Assembly: GCA_028278025.1 (NCBI GenBank)
Contig: JANQFE010000024.1
Location: 11,128-75,127, forward strand
Length of the DNA: 64,000 nucleotides
Reading direction: 5' to 3'
Origin: Thermodesulfobacteriota bacterium
Lineage (GTDB): Bacteria > Desulfobacterota > WTBG01 > CAIYCZ01 > CAIRTM01
Both the position numbers and the translations under genes were made by a program. The notes under the pieces are model-generated. The model did not search any database. It saw only the letters and a list, made by a program, of their open reading frames with translations, and was not told where the DNA came from. Each line of letters starts with the position of its first letter. The stretch's first letter is position 1. Below are positions 49,024 to 58,839 of the stretch, piece after piece.

Positions 49024-49594
49024 AATGGTCACCTGTGAACGTGAAAAACTTGCCGAGGAAGAAAAAAGGCTCATAGCTCCCTGTGGAATCTATTGCGGAG
49101 CCTGTGATATTTTCCTGGGCAAAAGCATGCACCTGGCCAGGGAGCTGCACCGGATACTTGATGGGTTTAATCTCACCGACGTTGCTCCCTTTGTGCTGGA
49201 AGCAGAGCAGGAGCAGGCCAGGGATTTCCTGGCAATCCTTAAAAAATGGGGCAGCGGCAAACAATGTCCCGGCTGCATCAAGGGAGGCGGCAATCCCGAC
49301 TGCCCCATAGAGGCCTGTGCCAAGGAAAAGGGCCTATATACCTGTGCAGAATGCGAACGGATGCCCTGTTCACCGGACGAACGGAATGAGGACCCCTTCA
49401 GCCCGGAGTCACTGCTGGGCCTGATCACAAAACGATATTCGGGCTGGAATATTGAAAACCTGAAGCGTATCCGGGAAATCGGCTATCGCCGGTTTATCGA
49501 TGAAACGCAGGCAAAGGTAAGGGCCGGGTTTTTGACAAGCGATGTGATATCACCTGAAATGGTTATGACTGAGTGTTTTAATAAAATGAAATAA
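49024..49594 (+). CDS. Cys-rich protein, DUF3795-like
   Basis: APCGIYCGACDIF...CPGCIKGGGNPDCPIEACAKEKGLYTCAECERMPC; GAGGTAAAAAAA ribosome-binding site before the ATG at 49024. Confidence 0.5.
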
Positions 49595-49656
49595 GCCACC
49601 CGAACCACCTCACGGTGTGGTATTTGGTTTTTGGCAAATCGTTAACAGATCGCCTA

Positions 49657-49711
49657 GTTCCCGCTTCACACTTTACGCTTCTTGTTTGACGTTATTAATC
49701 CAGTATCTAGC
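49657..49711. repeat. ~54-bp direct repeat copy 2 (family C)
   Basis: gttcccgcttcacactttacgcttcttgtttgacgttattaatccagtatctag. Confidence 0.65.
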
Positions 49712-49995
49712 ATCCCCGACCCTATCGAGATCTTCGCTGCGCTCCGACAAGCAACTGACAACTGATGTTTTTATAACTTTAGGCACTTTCTTTACCTTTC
49801 TCATTACTACTTGTTTAAGCTTAGTAATTTTTGAACCCTCAAGGGTCAGGTTATACATAAGCCCTTTATTTGAGGCCACAACAGCAATAGTCGGCTTATT
49901 GAGCGTTTCTGTGTCCAGGGTACCGCCGGCACCGAATGTAGCTATGGCAACTGAGCCTTCAGCACCGACCTTCCAGCCTTCGCTTTCACGAAAAT
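49673..49995 (-). pseudogene. 3' fragment of a SYLF/Ysc84-domain gene with no start codon, abutting repeat elements
   Basis: The frame reads ...EGWKVGAEGSVAIATFGAGGTLDTETLNKPTIAVVASNKGLMYNLTLEGSKITKL (SYLF-like G-rich beta motifs) and opens directly after a TAG with no in-frame start. The C-terminus is encoded by repeat family C. A MITE copy lies immediately upstream. Confidence 0.3.
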
Positions 49996-50010
49996 GTAAC
50001 TACTTTTTCT

Positions 50011-50120
50011 GACCGGATTTACAGGATTAACATGATGTTTCAAAAGGGCTGACGCCATGTTGAAAACAGCAATCCTGTACAACTCTGAGTAAAGTCGCAG
50101 GATTATTCCTGTCTAACAGA
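50011..50120. repeat. Palindromic MITE/REP-like element (family A, subtype 2)
   Basis: gaccggatttacaggattaacatgatgtttcaaaagggctgacgccatgttgaaaacagcaatcctgtac...cctgtctaacag; shares both arms with the 58310 copy. Confidence 0.6.
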
Positions 50121-50315
50121 ATCAACGAACACCATCTGATATTTTATTATTAATTGTTATATTTTTTGTTGTTACATCCGATAGTTAGACTATTGAGCGT
50201 AACAGTGAAACGAGCCGCATCCAGTGATTGCGCGGGGCAGCATCTTGCAAAATACTGCAAAGGACTGTTCCCGTAAAACATACAATAAAATATTTCATGC
50301 ACAGAAAGGCTCATC

Positions 50316-53300
50316 ATGCATAAAAAACAAACAAAATGTTTTTTTCAGAAAGTTGTTTTTTTAGCGTTTTTTACTGTTTTTTTGATCTTTATGCTGCTTC
50401 CGGCTTCTTTCAGCTTTGCCCGGCAAACCATTAAAAAAAGCCGGGACATAACCGCACCGGCTGCCCAGCGTGACCCTACGACAACTACCACGACCAGGGA
50501 ATTAACCACTACCACGATCGGCCGTGAGACTACCACCACAACAACAACCAGGGAATTAAGCACCACGACGTCTGTACCCGATACTACTACCACTATTGTA
50601 TTTGATACCTCCACTACGACCTCGGTAGCAACACTGCCGACCACAACAACAACTGCGTCCCGTGATACCTCTACTACCACAACTGCGGTCCTTGATACCA
50701 CCACGACAACTACCGCGGCCGTGGCAGCGGCCACAGATTGCCAGTCAGCCAAAGATAACGCTCAGATCATCTGCTGCACGGATGCTGTATCCGCTCCTGT
50801 TCCTGACAACCTCGACTATGTATCACTGACAAACTGCGAAACCGGTGAAGTTGAGTCGTTTGCCTGTGTCCATGATCCCGCTACCGGATCAGAGCTGGCT
50901 ACCGAGACCACCGTGACTGAAGGGGCCGCTGAGGATTATTCCAGCCCTGAATGTCAGGCAGCCCTTGATGATGTTGCAGACTACTGTGCTGAGCAAGATG
51001 AAAACTGGCATGAGGATCATACCTATACCCTTGAATGCGAATCCGTAAAAACCGCGGTTTACCCGCTCTGTGATGACCTGCAGATGATCAGCGAAATCGG
51101 TTGTCCCGAATGGCCGGGCCTGGAAGTACTGCAACGTATTTTTGAAGGCACCACCGAAGGCCCGCCGATCCAGATACCGATTCCCACGCCTGAGGAAACG
51201 CCGTTTGAAGAACTGGAGAGCGACGCTGCCGCAAAACCCGGCGCCGACATGGATCAGTTTACCCAGCTTATGGATAATGAGACCGCTTTGAAAGAAAAGG
51301 AAGACCAGAAGCTCAGGATCGAAATACCGGGTAATTTCATACGCTATATGATGGCACGGACGTTCTTTAAAAAAGCCCTTGAAATGATGGATGGCCAGGA
51401 TGGTTTTGAATGCGAGCCGGATGAGCTGGAGTGCTCCATCGATCCCCTTGAGCTTGCTGATTTATCTCCCTTTTTAACGATTGATAAAGAGAACTTTAAG
51501 CTGTCAGCCAAAAAAGCCTCCTATGGCTACCGATTATACGACCTGTGGGCCGGTGAGGAGGATTCTGTATACATACAGTGGTCCGGGGAAATCAGGGTTG
51601 AAACCAGCTCTAAAATGAAGCTTGACTTGAAGGATAATGCTACCCTGGCGGTTATACCGCTGCATGAACCCGACGCGGCAAACGGATACTCAACCGATGT
51701 TGAGGTCTCTGAGCGCTGGCTTGACCGGGCACAGTTGGTACTCGAGCTGCCTGATGACCGGTGCAGTCCGCTCCAGGGTAACCAATATAACGATAAGTAC
51801 ATTACCTGGACGACACCCTTTTCATGCAACTGCACGGGAAATGACGCCGGTAAGACCAACTATTGTGTTGTGGACCCGTATGAACGGGAGGAATCAGAAA
51901 TTAACATAGATGATCTTGAAAGCGCGGGTGCTGATCTGGTTGAAGTCGTCTGCACCGATCCGCTCACAACGGCTGAAGGTGAAAACCTGTCCGAATATCT
52001 TTCTAACCAGGGATATTCCGATGAGTTTGTTGCCCAGGTCATCACCACGCTGCGGGATTTTGGCTGTGCCGGCCGGACCGTTACCCGTGTAGCTACCGAG
52101 GAGGGTTTGATAACCTCGGCCATCGGTCTTGAGTTTACCAATATTATGGACCTCGGCGCACTGCAGGCCACCATGGAGCCCGGTATTTTCACGATCAAAT
52201 TTCCGTTTTTCGGTACTGCCATTCAGTATCTCGAAAAAACCTGGTGGGGCTGGCTGTTCAGCTGGATTATCGAGATCATTCAAAAACTGCTTGAAGCTAT
52301 TATCAGTGCCAAGGGAACACTTCTCTTAAATGTCCTTGTCAATACGGCAAGTGCTTCCCTGGGCGACCAGGAAATGCTGCTCCACGGCGTGATCAGCCAC
52401 AGCCTGGGCACAGATGACAGTGATCCTGATATAAGCATCGGGCTGCGGCGGCTGGCAACGGATGCGCCTGAAGTGAAGATCACCAATTTCGGTTTTTCCT
52501 GGGAAACGCCCTCATGTGACAGTATGGACGGCCCCGAGGACCTCCTGAACCTGATTACCTGTCCATTTGAAATCCTGGTCAATCTGCTGAAATATGTGCT
52601 GTCCCCCATCACCAATCTGCTGCTCACCCTGGCAGATCATATGTTTGATCTGATGAATTTTATTAATGATGAAATTTCAGGTGTCGTTATTAATGAAGTG
52701 GCTAAAATAGAAGACAGTAACCAGATAGCCGCGCTCATCAAAGGCACGGTTGTCTCAACCAGCACCAATCCCTATTATCTGGCCGAAGAATACGCTGATC
52801 AGGAACAGCTGGGCCAGCTGCTGGGAGTTGTGACGGATTCCCTGCCCGTTCTGCAGGATCTGGCCAAAACCATTCCTCCGCCGCTGGTGCAGCTTTGTCT
52901 GCTGGCTGGAAACAGCGACACTGCCGGCGGCGTTGCCTGCCAGATTGTCAAGATTTTTGCCGGCGGCTTTGATGTCGACTCCGGCAGCAAGGGGGTCAAT
53001 GAGGTCCGGGTCGATATACCGCGCCTGGGCGCCAAAACACATTACCGCAGCATGGCTGATTTTGAAGAACTGTCAAGTATGCTCAATGACGACCTGCCGC
53101 CGGTACGGTTCTGTCTGCCGGGAGACAATCCTCCCGGGTCCGAGGTATATGATCAGGATGACCTGCTGATCCTGACCGATTTTAATGAAATTGATATCTC
53201 CGATGAGGAAAGCGCCAAACCGCATGACTGGCGAACCCAGTCGGCCCTGTTCCTGGATCTCAAGGCCCACGGACAGCTCTCCATCCCGGGCCTGGCATCA

Positions 53301-54044
53301 CTGCTGATAAAACCCACCGAGCGTACAAACCTGCTCATTAACGAGGTTTTTGTCTGCAAGGATAATGAGTACTGCAACCCCGCTAAAAATTATATCAGAG
53401 ACCGCGCAGAGCTCGCGCTTTGCTCCATGGCTTCAGACATCTGGTACTCCCTGGCCTTTAGCGAAGAGGAGCAGCAATACTATAACCTGGCCGCGGACAT
53501 GGAGCCCGAGCTTATCGCCACGCTGATGGTATTTGCTGAACCAGTGGAAGGCGATCTGCCGGATGATTTCAGTGAAGATCTGGAAGCGGTGGCCGAGTGG
53601 CTCTCGCAATGCCAGGAAGCGTTGAGTGAGCTGGAATGGGCGCTGCCGGGACCGTCAATCTGCGAGGACCTGGCCGGAAGCAGTGCGAAAACTTTAAGTG
53701 CGCTCTACCAATTCCGTGATACCGTGCTGAGCACAGATGAAAAAGGTATATTCTACCGCACGGCCTATTACCGCCTGCGGACCGACCTGGTGGCTCTTTT
53801 TGACGCCCACCCGCATCTGTTAAACCGCACGGCAACATTCATTAACCGGGTAGCGCCCCGGCTGCAGACTGCCGGTCCGCAAGAGATCATTGTCCTGTCA
53901 GCCGGTGATCTTGCTGAATGCCGCTCACTGCTACATGATATGATTAAAGTGTCAAACGGGCCGCTGAAGCAGACCCTTACCCGGCTGCGAACCGATCTGG
54001 AAACGGGCACCCTGCTGCCTGCTCTGGGCATCCGCGTTGAGTAA
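50316..54044 (+). CDS. Very large (1242 aa) secreted or surface protein with N-terminal signal-anchor, a ~100-aa Thr-rich repeat region and a large Cys-containing domain of unknown function
   Basis: Long intact ORF with a GAAAGG ribosome-binding site and signal/TM segment (VVFLAFFTVFLIFMLL); TTTTTRELTTTTIGRETTTTTTTRELSTTT repeats; no recognisable catalytic motif. Confidence 0.7.
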   Translation: MHKKQTKCFFQKVVFLAFFTVFLIFMLLPASFSFARQTIKKSRDITAPAAQRDPTTTTTTRELTTTTIGRETTTTTTTRELSTTTSVPDTTTTIVFDTSTTTSVATLPTTTTTASRDTSTTTTAVLDTTTTTTAAVAAATDCQSAKDNAQIICCTDAVSAPVPDNLDYVSLTNCETGEVESFACVHDPATGSELATETTVTEGAAEDYSSPECQAALDDVADYCAEQDENWHEDHTYTLECESVKTAVYPLCDDLQMISEIGCPEWPGLEVLQRIFEGTTEGPPIQIPIPTPEETPFEELESDAAAKPGADMDQFTQLMDNETALKEKEDQKLRIEIPGNFIRYMMARTFFKKALEMMDGQDGFECEPDELECSIDPLELADLSPFLTIDKENFKLSAKKASYGYRLYDLWAGEEDSVYIQWSGEIRVETSSKMKLDLKDNATLAVIPLHEPDAANGYSTDVEVSERWLDRAQLVLELPDDRCSPLQGNQYNDKYITWTTPFSCNCTGNDAGKTNYCVVDPYEREESEINIDDLESAGADLVEVVCTDPLTTAEGENLSEYLSNQGYSDEFVAQVITTLRDFGCAGRTVTRVATEEGLITSAIGLEFTNIMDLGALQATMEPGIFTIKFPFFGTAIQYLEKTWWGWLFSWIIEIIQKLLEAIISAKGTLLLNVLVNTASASLGDQEMLLHGVISHSLGTDDSDPDISIGLRRLATDAPEVKITNFGFSWETPSCDSMDGPEDLLNLITCPFEILVNLLKYVLSPITNLLLTLADHMFDLMNFINDEISGVVINEVAKIEDSNQIAALIKGTVVSTSTNPYYLAEEYADQEQLGQLLGVVTDSLPVLQDLAKTIPPPLVQLCLLAGNSDTAGGVACQIVKIFAGGFDVDSGSKGVNEVRVDIPRLGAKTHYRSMADFEELSSMLNDDLPPVRFCLPGDNPPGSEVYDQDDLLILTDFNEIDISDEESAKPHDWRTQSALFLDLKAHGQLSIPGLASLLIKPTERTNLLINEVFVCKDNEYCNPAKNYIRDRAELALCSMASDIWYSLAFSEEEQQYYNLAADMEPELIATLMVFAEPVEGDLPDDFSEDLEAVAEWLSQCQEALSELEWALPGPSICEDLAGSSAKTLSALYQFRDTVLSTDEKGIFYRTAYYRLRTDLVALFDAHPHLLNRTATFINRVAPRLQTAGPQEIIVLSAGDLAECRSLLHDMIKVSNGPLKQTLTRLRTDLETGTLLPALGIRVE

Positions 54045-54047
54045 CAC

Positions 54048-54827
54048 ATGCAACGGTATCTAAGAAAAATCTTGTGCAATGTCCTGTCGGTGCTGCTACT
54101 GAGCGCGTTGTTATATGCGGAAGAGACTTGCCCTGCTCCCACCCTGTCCCCGCCGGCCCGGGCCGCACAGGTTGAGGTTAATCTTGATAAATTCAACGGT
54201 GAGATTTCACTCAATATATCCTCAGCCGAAGGGCTCATCATTGACTGCAATTCCTTTTACCTGCTGCAAAACAGTGTTCGCTATGATGTGCGTGATTGCG
54301 GCCTGGTGGATGCCGCTGATGTATGCGGCGTGCCCATAATGTTTCAGGAGCTTACTGTTGAGGTTACGTATATTGAAGGATTTGATTTTCTGGGCGCTTT
54401 TACGCTTGTTCTCAACGACAGCTCCATAGATATCCCTGCGGATAATGCTGATGCATATGATGCCGCCTGGGTGTATGCATCAACAATCGCGCAAGCCTTT
54501 TCGCCGGTACCGGGCTGCCTGACACTGCCTGAGGCCCAATATGTTTTTAACCGGGGAGATGCTATCTGCATCTTTGCTGTTCTGCCGTTTCTTGATGCGG
54601 GTGATGAAATCCGTATTGAGACATCTACGGTTAAGAGACTCTATCGACATACTGTTATAGAACACCAGGAGACCTGGGACAGTCGGGGGATAAGCTCGAT
54701 TTATAGAGTTCTGAACCTGAATGGTCCGCTGTCATACGGGGACTGGAAAGCCACTATCTATGTAAATGATACGGAGGCTGTCAGTGAATCCTTTACCGTA
54801 CAGATGAGAAAGAGAGGCAGCAGTTAA
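54048..54827 (+). CDS. Secreted hypothetical protein co-transcribed with the 1242-aa protein
   Basis: Starts 4 nt after the upstream stop; signal peptide (VLSVLLLSALLYA); several Cys residues. Confidence 0.55.
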   Translation: MQRYLRKILCNVLSVLLLSALLYAEETCPAPTLSPPARAAQVEVNLDKFNGEISLNISSAEGLIIDCNSFYLLQNSVRYDVRDCGLVDAADVCGVPIMFQELTVEVTYIEGFDFLGAFTLVLNDSSIDIPADNADAYDAAWVYASTIAQAFSPVPGCLTLPEAQYVFNRGDAICIFAVLPFLDAGDEIRIETSTVKRLYRHTVIEHQETWDSRGISSIYRVLNLNGPLSYGDWKATIYVNDTEAVSESFTVQMRKRGSS

Positions 54828-55033
54828 AGACTTATAAATGGCAGTTTTTCTTCTCAATTCATTTATTTAACCGCAGACTGTCGCGGAACCTTTTGCTCCC
54901 GCGACAGTGCGGAAGCAAAAACTGCATTCGCTTCACGATATTAGTTGTTTAGTGAATCTGCTTAAAATTTGCAAAGGTATAGCAGAATTCTTTTTTAGAT
55001 TGCAATGACGAATGGTGAGCACAACGCAGTAGA

Positions 55034-55927
55034 ATGGACGTTTTTCAACAGCCCCGCTTTCTGGCAAACCATATGACGCTGAATAACTCCATAATGATCG
55101 GCCTTGCTTGCGGTGTCTTATCGTATATTACCCTGTATATCGGCAAAGGGCTCCAGAAATATGCCATTGAGGGCTTTAAAACAAAAAAATCCATAAAGAA
55201 CAAACATTCGGGAATCTGGATTTTCGGAACCATACTCACGGTTTTATTTACGCTTATCCACTGGATTGCCTTAAACTTTGCCCCTATCAACCTGATCGCC
55301 CCCCTTGAAGGCACAGGCCTTGTAACACTTCTTTTTTTCTCATACTATGCCCTTAAAGAATCCATGACAGGTAAGGAAATAACGGGCGTCGTTTTCATTA
55401 TCATTGGCACGGTTCTGGCCGCCCTTTACAATACCAATGCAGGAGAGGTTGATACATCCCGTTTCAGCATGACGATGTTTTTAATTATATCCGTCCCGCT
55501 TGTCCTTATGGAGATCATTCTGATTATTATTTCAAGATTCAGCGGCTATAAATTCGCCGGATTGGTCATAGGCTTTAGCGGGGGCACCATGATGGCACTG
55601 CAGACCCTGACAAAACGCCTGTCATTCATGGATGATTACGCCCTGATTTTTATACCGCTGGCCCTCTTGTTTGCCACTGCAACCCTTGTATTTACTCAAC
55701 TGGCCTTTGCCAAGGCAAAGGCCACTCAGGTTGTACCCTGCTTCACGTCGGCCAGCATCATTATCGCCTCTTTGTCAGGGAAAATGGTTCTGAATGAAAG
55801 ACTCGTCACTATACAGATCCTTGGTATTGTTACCATTGTTATCGGTGTGATTCTGTTAACCGCGTTCCAGAAAGAGCAGGCAAATAGCAGGCTTAACGGC
55901 AATCTGTTCCGGTTGAAACGTTTTTAA
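55034..55927 (+). CDS. DMT-superfamily (NIPA/EamA-like) integral membrane transporter
   Basis: ~9-10 TM helices in two half-repeats; GKGLQKYA-type motif. Confidence 0.55.
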   Translation: MDVFQQPRFLANHMTLNNSIMIGLACGVLSYITLYIGKGLQKYAIEGFKTKKSIKNKHSGIWIFGTILTVLFTLIHWIALNFAPINLIAPLEGTGLVTLLFFSYYALKESMTGKEITGVVFIIIGTVLAALYNTNAGEVDTSRFSMTMFLIISVPLVLMEIILIIISRFSGYKFAGLVIGFSGGTMMALQTLTKRLSFMDDYALIFIPLALLFATATLVFTQLAFAKAKATQVVPCFTSASIIIASLSGKMVLNERLVTIQILGIVTIVIGVILLTAFQKEQANSRLNGNLFRLKRF

Positions 55928-57062
55928 TTGCATAATCATCGCTGCGCTGATAACCGGCCGATTTCCCGGATGTGGTCAGTTCCTCATACAGTGAAGAAAT
56001 ACCGTCAATCATTTTGGTCTCATCAAACAGCAATTCTGCCCGTGCCCGACTGGCCCTGCCCATCTCCTGAGCTTTGCGGGGATTGTCAAGCAGCTGAGCA
56101 ATCGCCCGGGCCAGGGCCTGGGAATCGCCCGGCGGAACAAGTATGCCGTTCTTGCCGTTTTCCACGGCTTCCGGAATACCTCCTACCCTGGTGGCGACGA
56201 TCGGTTTTCCGGACGCCATTGCCTCTATCAGTGACCTCCCGAGCCCCTCTGCCAGCGAGGGTAGGATAAAGACATCAAGGAGCGAAAGTATGTCCGGAAT
56301 ATCATTTCTTTTGCCGGTAGCAACAATGTACCGTGTGACACCCAGGGATTCTGCATGACTTCTCAGCACGTCAATCTTCTTTTGGCTGGCGCCGCCGCCC
56401 ACAACGAGGCACATAAGCCGTCTTTTTTCATCAGTTAATATTTTAACCGCCTCAAAAAGAGTCTTAAACCCCTTGCGCTCTGTCAGCCTGGCAACAATGC
56501 CGATGATGGCGCAATCCGCAGAGAGGCCCAGAGCCTTCAAAAGCTCCTGGTTCTTTTCCTGCGGAGCAAACTGGCTGAGATTGACGGCCGTATGGATCGT
56601 GGTGACATGACGGGGAGGCAGGCCTGATTGGATCATAACATCCCTGATATGCTCAGATATTGCGATGATCCGGTTGGTGAGCGTGCCGTAGAGGTAGCGG
56701 CTTAATGCGCCTCCTTTAAGCGGCACATGATTATGCTTTGTTCTAACATGGGCTTGAACGCCCGCGATTTTTCCGGCAAGCACACTCAGCAAATGATCAA
56801 CATACCCATGAGCATTGATCAGATTGACCTGCTCCCGCCGCAAAAAAAGGCTGAGCTTTATGAGCGCCGGCACGAAATGCTTCATGCTGAGGGGAACTAC
56901 TTCAAGGCAGCGCTCCCGGGCGCTGAGTTCAATGAATGAATGCGGCTGACACACAACTATCACCCGGTATCCTCTCTTGTGGAGTTCCTGAGCCTCCTTC
57001 AGTGTCCGCATGGTCTGTCCGGTAAGATGTGTTTGCCTGTCGATCTGTACAACGGTAATCAT
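55893..57062 (-). CDS. Glycosyltransferase family 4 (GT-B, group 1)
   Basis: C-terminal EX7E-type motif region GLGRSLIEAMASGKPIVATRVGGIPE; AGGAGC ribosome-binding site. Confidence 0.85.
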   Translation of the reverse strand: MITVVQIDRQTHLTGQTMRTLKEAQELHKRGYRVIVVCQPHSFIELSARERCLEVVPLSMKHFVPALIKLSLFLRREQVNLINAHGYVDHLLSVLAGKIAGVQAHVRTKHNHVPLKGGALSRYLYGTLTNRIIAISEHIRDVMIQSGLPPRHVTTIHTAVNLSQFAPQEKNQELLKALGLSADCAIIGIVARLTERKGFKTLFEAVKILTDEKRRLMCLVVGGGASQKKIDVLRSHAESLGVTRYIVATGKRNDIPDILSLLDVFILPSLAEGLGRSLIEAMASGKPIVATRVGGIPEAVENGKNGILVPPGDSQALARAIAQLLDNPRKAQEMGRASRARAELLFDETKMIDGISSLYEELTTSGKSAGYQRSDDYAIKNVSTGTDCR

Positions 57063-57099
57063 AGTGGAGCTCCTGCTCAGAGCATCTTACTGCTGCCGG

Positions 57100-57966
57100 T
57101 TAGAACAGGTATTGCTGAACAATTTTTGGTATGCGCAGAAAGACACTGTTTGGTGAGATATGTCGCTTGCCTGCATACGCTTCATACTTTCTTAAAATCT
57201 CCAGATGATTCTCAACATAGGTACTGATATCATCAGGATGAACTTTTTTGTAATCGCATTCCTTAACGACTGTCGCCTTAATCTCTTCATCTGTGATTTC
57301 AATGGAGAGTTTTTGCAAAAGCTGCTTGAAGTAGAAGAATCTATTATTGCAGAAATCTTCATAATACAGGGGAAAAGCATCAACACCAGCGCACCGTAAG
57401 TCCTGGAAAAATCCCTTTCGATAGGCAATTCTTTCTTCACACTTTCTGATTATTCTCTTTAAAACCATCCAGTTTACTTTTATTTTAGGTAAATCATTGA
57501 TGGTGACATCATAAAACTGCAGATGCCCGCTGTTGCCTTTCCCATTGCCGTGATATTTCGACAATGCCCATCTCAGCACATCCTGCCTGATGAGAACAAA
57601 AGCAGTAACATCATATTTTTTCAGCAGGGAAAAAATTTCTGCATTCCACTGCTTTCTTAACCTCATCTTGAATCCGTGACTGGTGTGCGGCGCAAACTTA
57701 AATTTACAAACACTATTGTATGTGGAATAGATTGCGTTAAGTGCTGCAAGATGGTTTTCTGATGTGTCGTAGATCATTGACAGACATTTTAAAAAATCTT
57801 CTTTTGTAATGTCTTTGCCTAAGGCCCCTTGATTATTAAGAAACATATGTCTGTCAAACGGTTCAATAAAATCAGAGATAATTTCGGTTTGCTTGAAATT
57901 ATTCAAAATGCTGACAAGGGCGCACGAGCCTTCTTTTTCGGAATTAAAAATAATAAAGTTTTTCAT
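57100..57966 (-). CDS. Sulfotransferase-family protein (Stf0-like)
   Basis: 5'-PSB-like FIIFNSEKEGSCAL and 3'-PB-like RQDVLRWALS motifs. Confidence 0.45.
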   Translation of the reverse strand: MKNFIIFNSEKEGSCALVSILNNFKQTEIISDFIEPFDRHMFLNNQGALGKDITKEDFLKCLSMIYDTSENHLAALNAIYSTYNSVCKFKFAPHTSHGFKMRLRKQWNAEIFSLLKKYDVTAFVLIRQDVLRWALSKYHGNGKGNSGHLQFYDVTINDLPKIKVNWMVLKRIIRKCEERIAYRKGFFQDLRCAGVDAFPLYYEDFCNNRFFYFKQLLQKLSIEITDEEIKATVVKECDYKKVHPDDISTYVENHLEILRKYEAYAGKRHISPNSVFLRIPKIVQQYLF

Positions 57967-58309
57967 GCATAATCCTGCAAAATGAGGAACATGATCCTTT
58001 TATGCACGGCAAGACAACAGCCCCCCCGATGCATCGGAGTGGCTTTACTAGGCCTTTTGTCGCCGGATCCCGCTTTATTACGGGACGCCGGGGGTTTTTA
58101 TGAAGACAATAAACCTATTCTAATATGCCGGGGTTATGTTTTTGTTAGGATAGATTTAGGTTTATGTTAATTAAGGTGTTGAGGAGAAAATAAGAATTTG
58201 AGTAGTGAGTGCTGAAAGAGGGAGGCTGATAGAAATCCAGTGGTTTTCATGAAACGTGATTATTGATATTCGGAAAGCAATGGAGCCGGGCATAGGTAGT
58301 GAACTGTTT

Positions 58310-58406
58310 TTCTGACTGGATTTACCGGATTGACATGATTTTTCAATATGGCTTGAGCCATATTGAAAATAACATCCCGTTCATCCGGTTAATCCTGTCT
58401 AACAAT
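58310..58406. repeat. Palindromic MITE/REP-like element (family A, subtype 2) overlapping the 3' end of the PHP gene
   Basis: ctgactggatttaccggattgacatgatttttcaatatggcttgagccatattgaaaataacatcccgttcatccggttaatcctgtctaaca is a long imperfect palindrome. Confidence 0.65.
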
Positions 58407-58780
58407 AAAAACCCGGGACCTCGTACTTCAGAAATGCAAAAGGAGGGTTTAATATCAATGCCGAGTATGTGATACTTCTCATGATCATTGGTAATCTCCG
58501 AGCCGGGCAGGAGCAGCATATTATACTGTTCCCACGCTTTTCCGGCACCGGCCCATAGCTGCTGCAAATACTCATGAAAATCTTCCTGGAGCACGTAATA
58601 GGGCCGCCCGTTAGCAAGCCGGTTGTTTTCCCGCGTGCGCCTGTCGAAAGTATGGTCTGTAATGGCTATGGCATCAAAACCGTTTGCTCCGTAGAGATCA
58701 ATTACTTCATCCAGCGATAACAGACCGTCGCTATGATTCGTATGGATGTGAAAATCGCACAGCAGCCATTCGCCGAACAT
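58343..58780 (-). CDS. PHP-domain metal-dependent phosphoesterase; the 3' end is encoded by a repeat element
   Basis: LCDFHIHTNHSDG...AIAITDHT PHP motifs; the last ~25 codons fall inside the palindromic repeat at 58310..58406. Confidence 0.65.
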   Translation of the reverse strand: MFGEWLLCDFHIHTNHSDGLLSLDEVIDLYGANGFDAIAITDHTFDRRTRENNRLANGRPYYVLQEDFHEYLQQLWAGAGKAWEQYNMLLLPGSEITNDHEKYHILGIDIKPSFCISEVRGPGFLLLDRINRMNGMLFSIWLKPY

Positions 58781-58839
58781 GGGGAGTATCCTTTCAATGA
58801 TGTGTTACTGTAAAACAGCAGATAGCAGACGCCGTAACC

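Noticed and set aside
50450-50750. Short tandem nucleotide repeats (acc/acg runs) resembling an array
   Set aside because: They encode the poly-Thr linker of the 1242-aa protein (coding microsatellite-like repeats). They are not CRISPR: there are no unique spacers of regular length.
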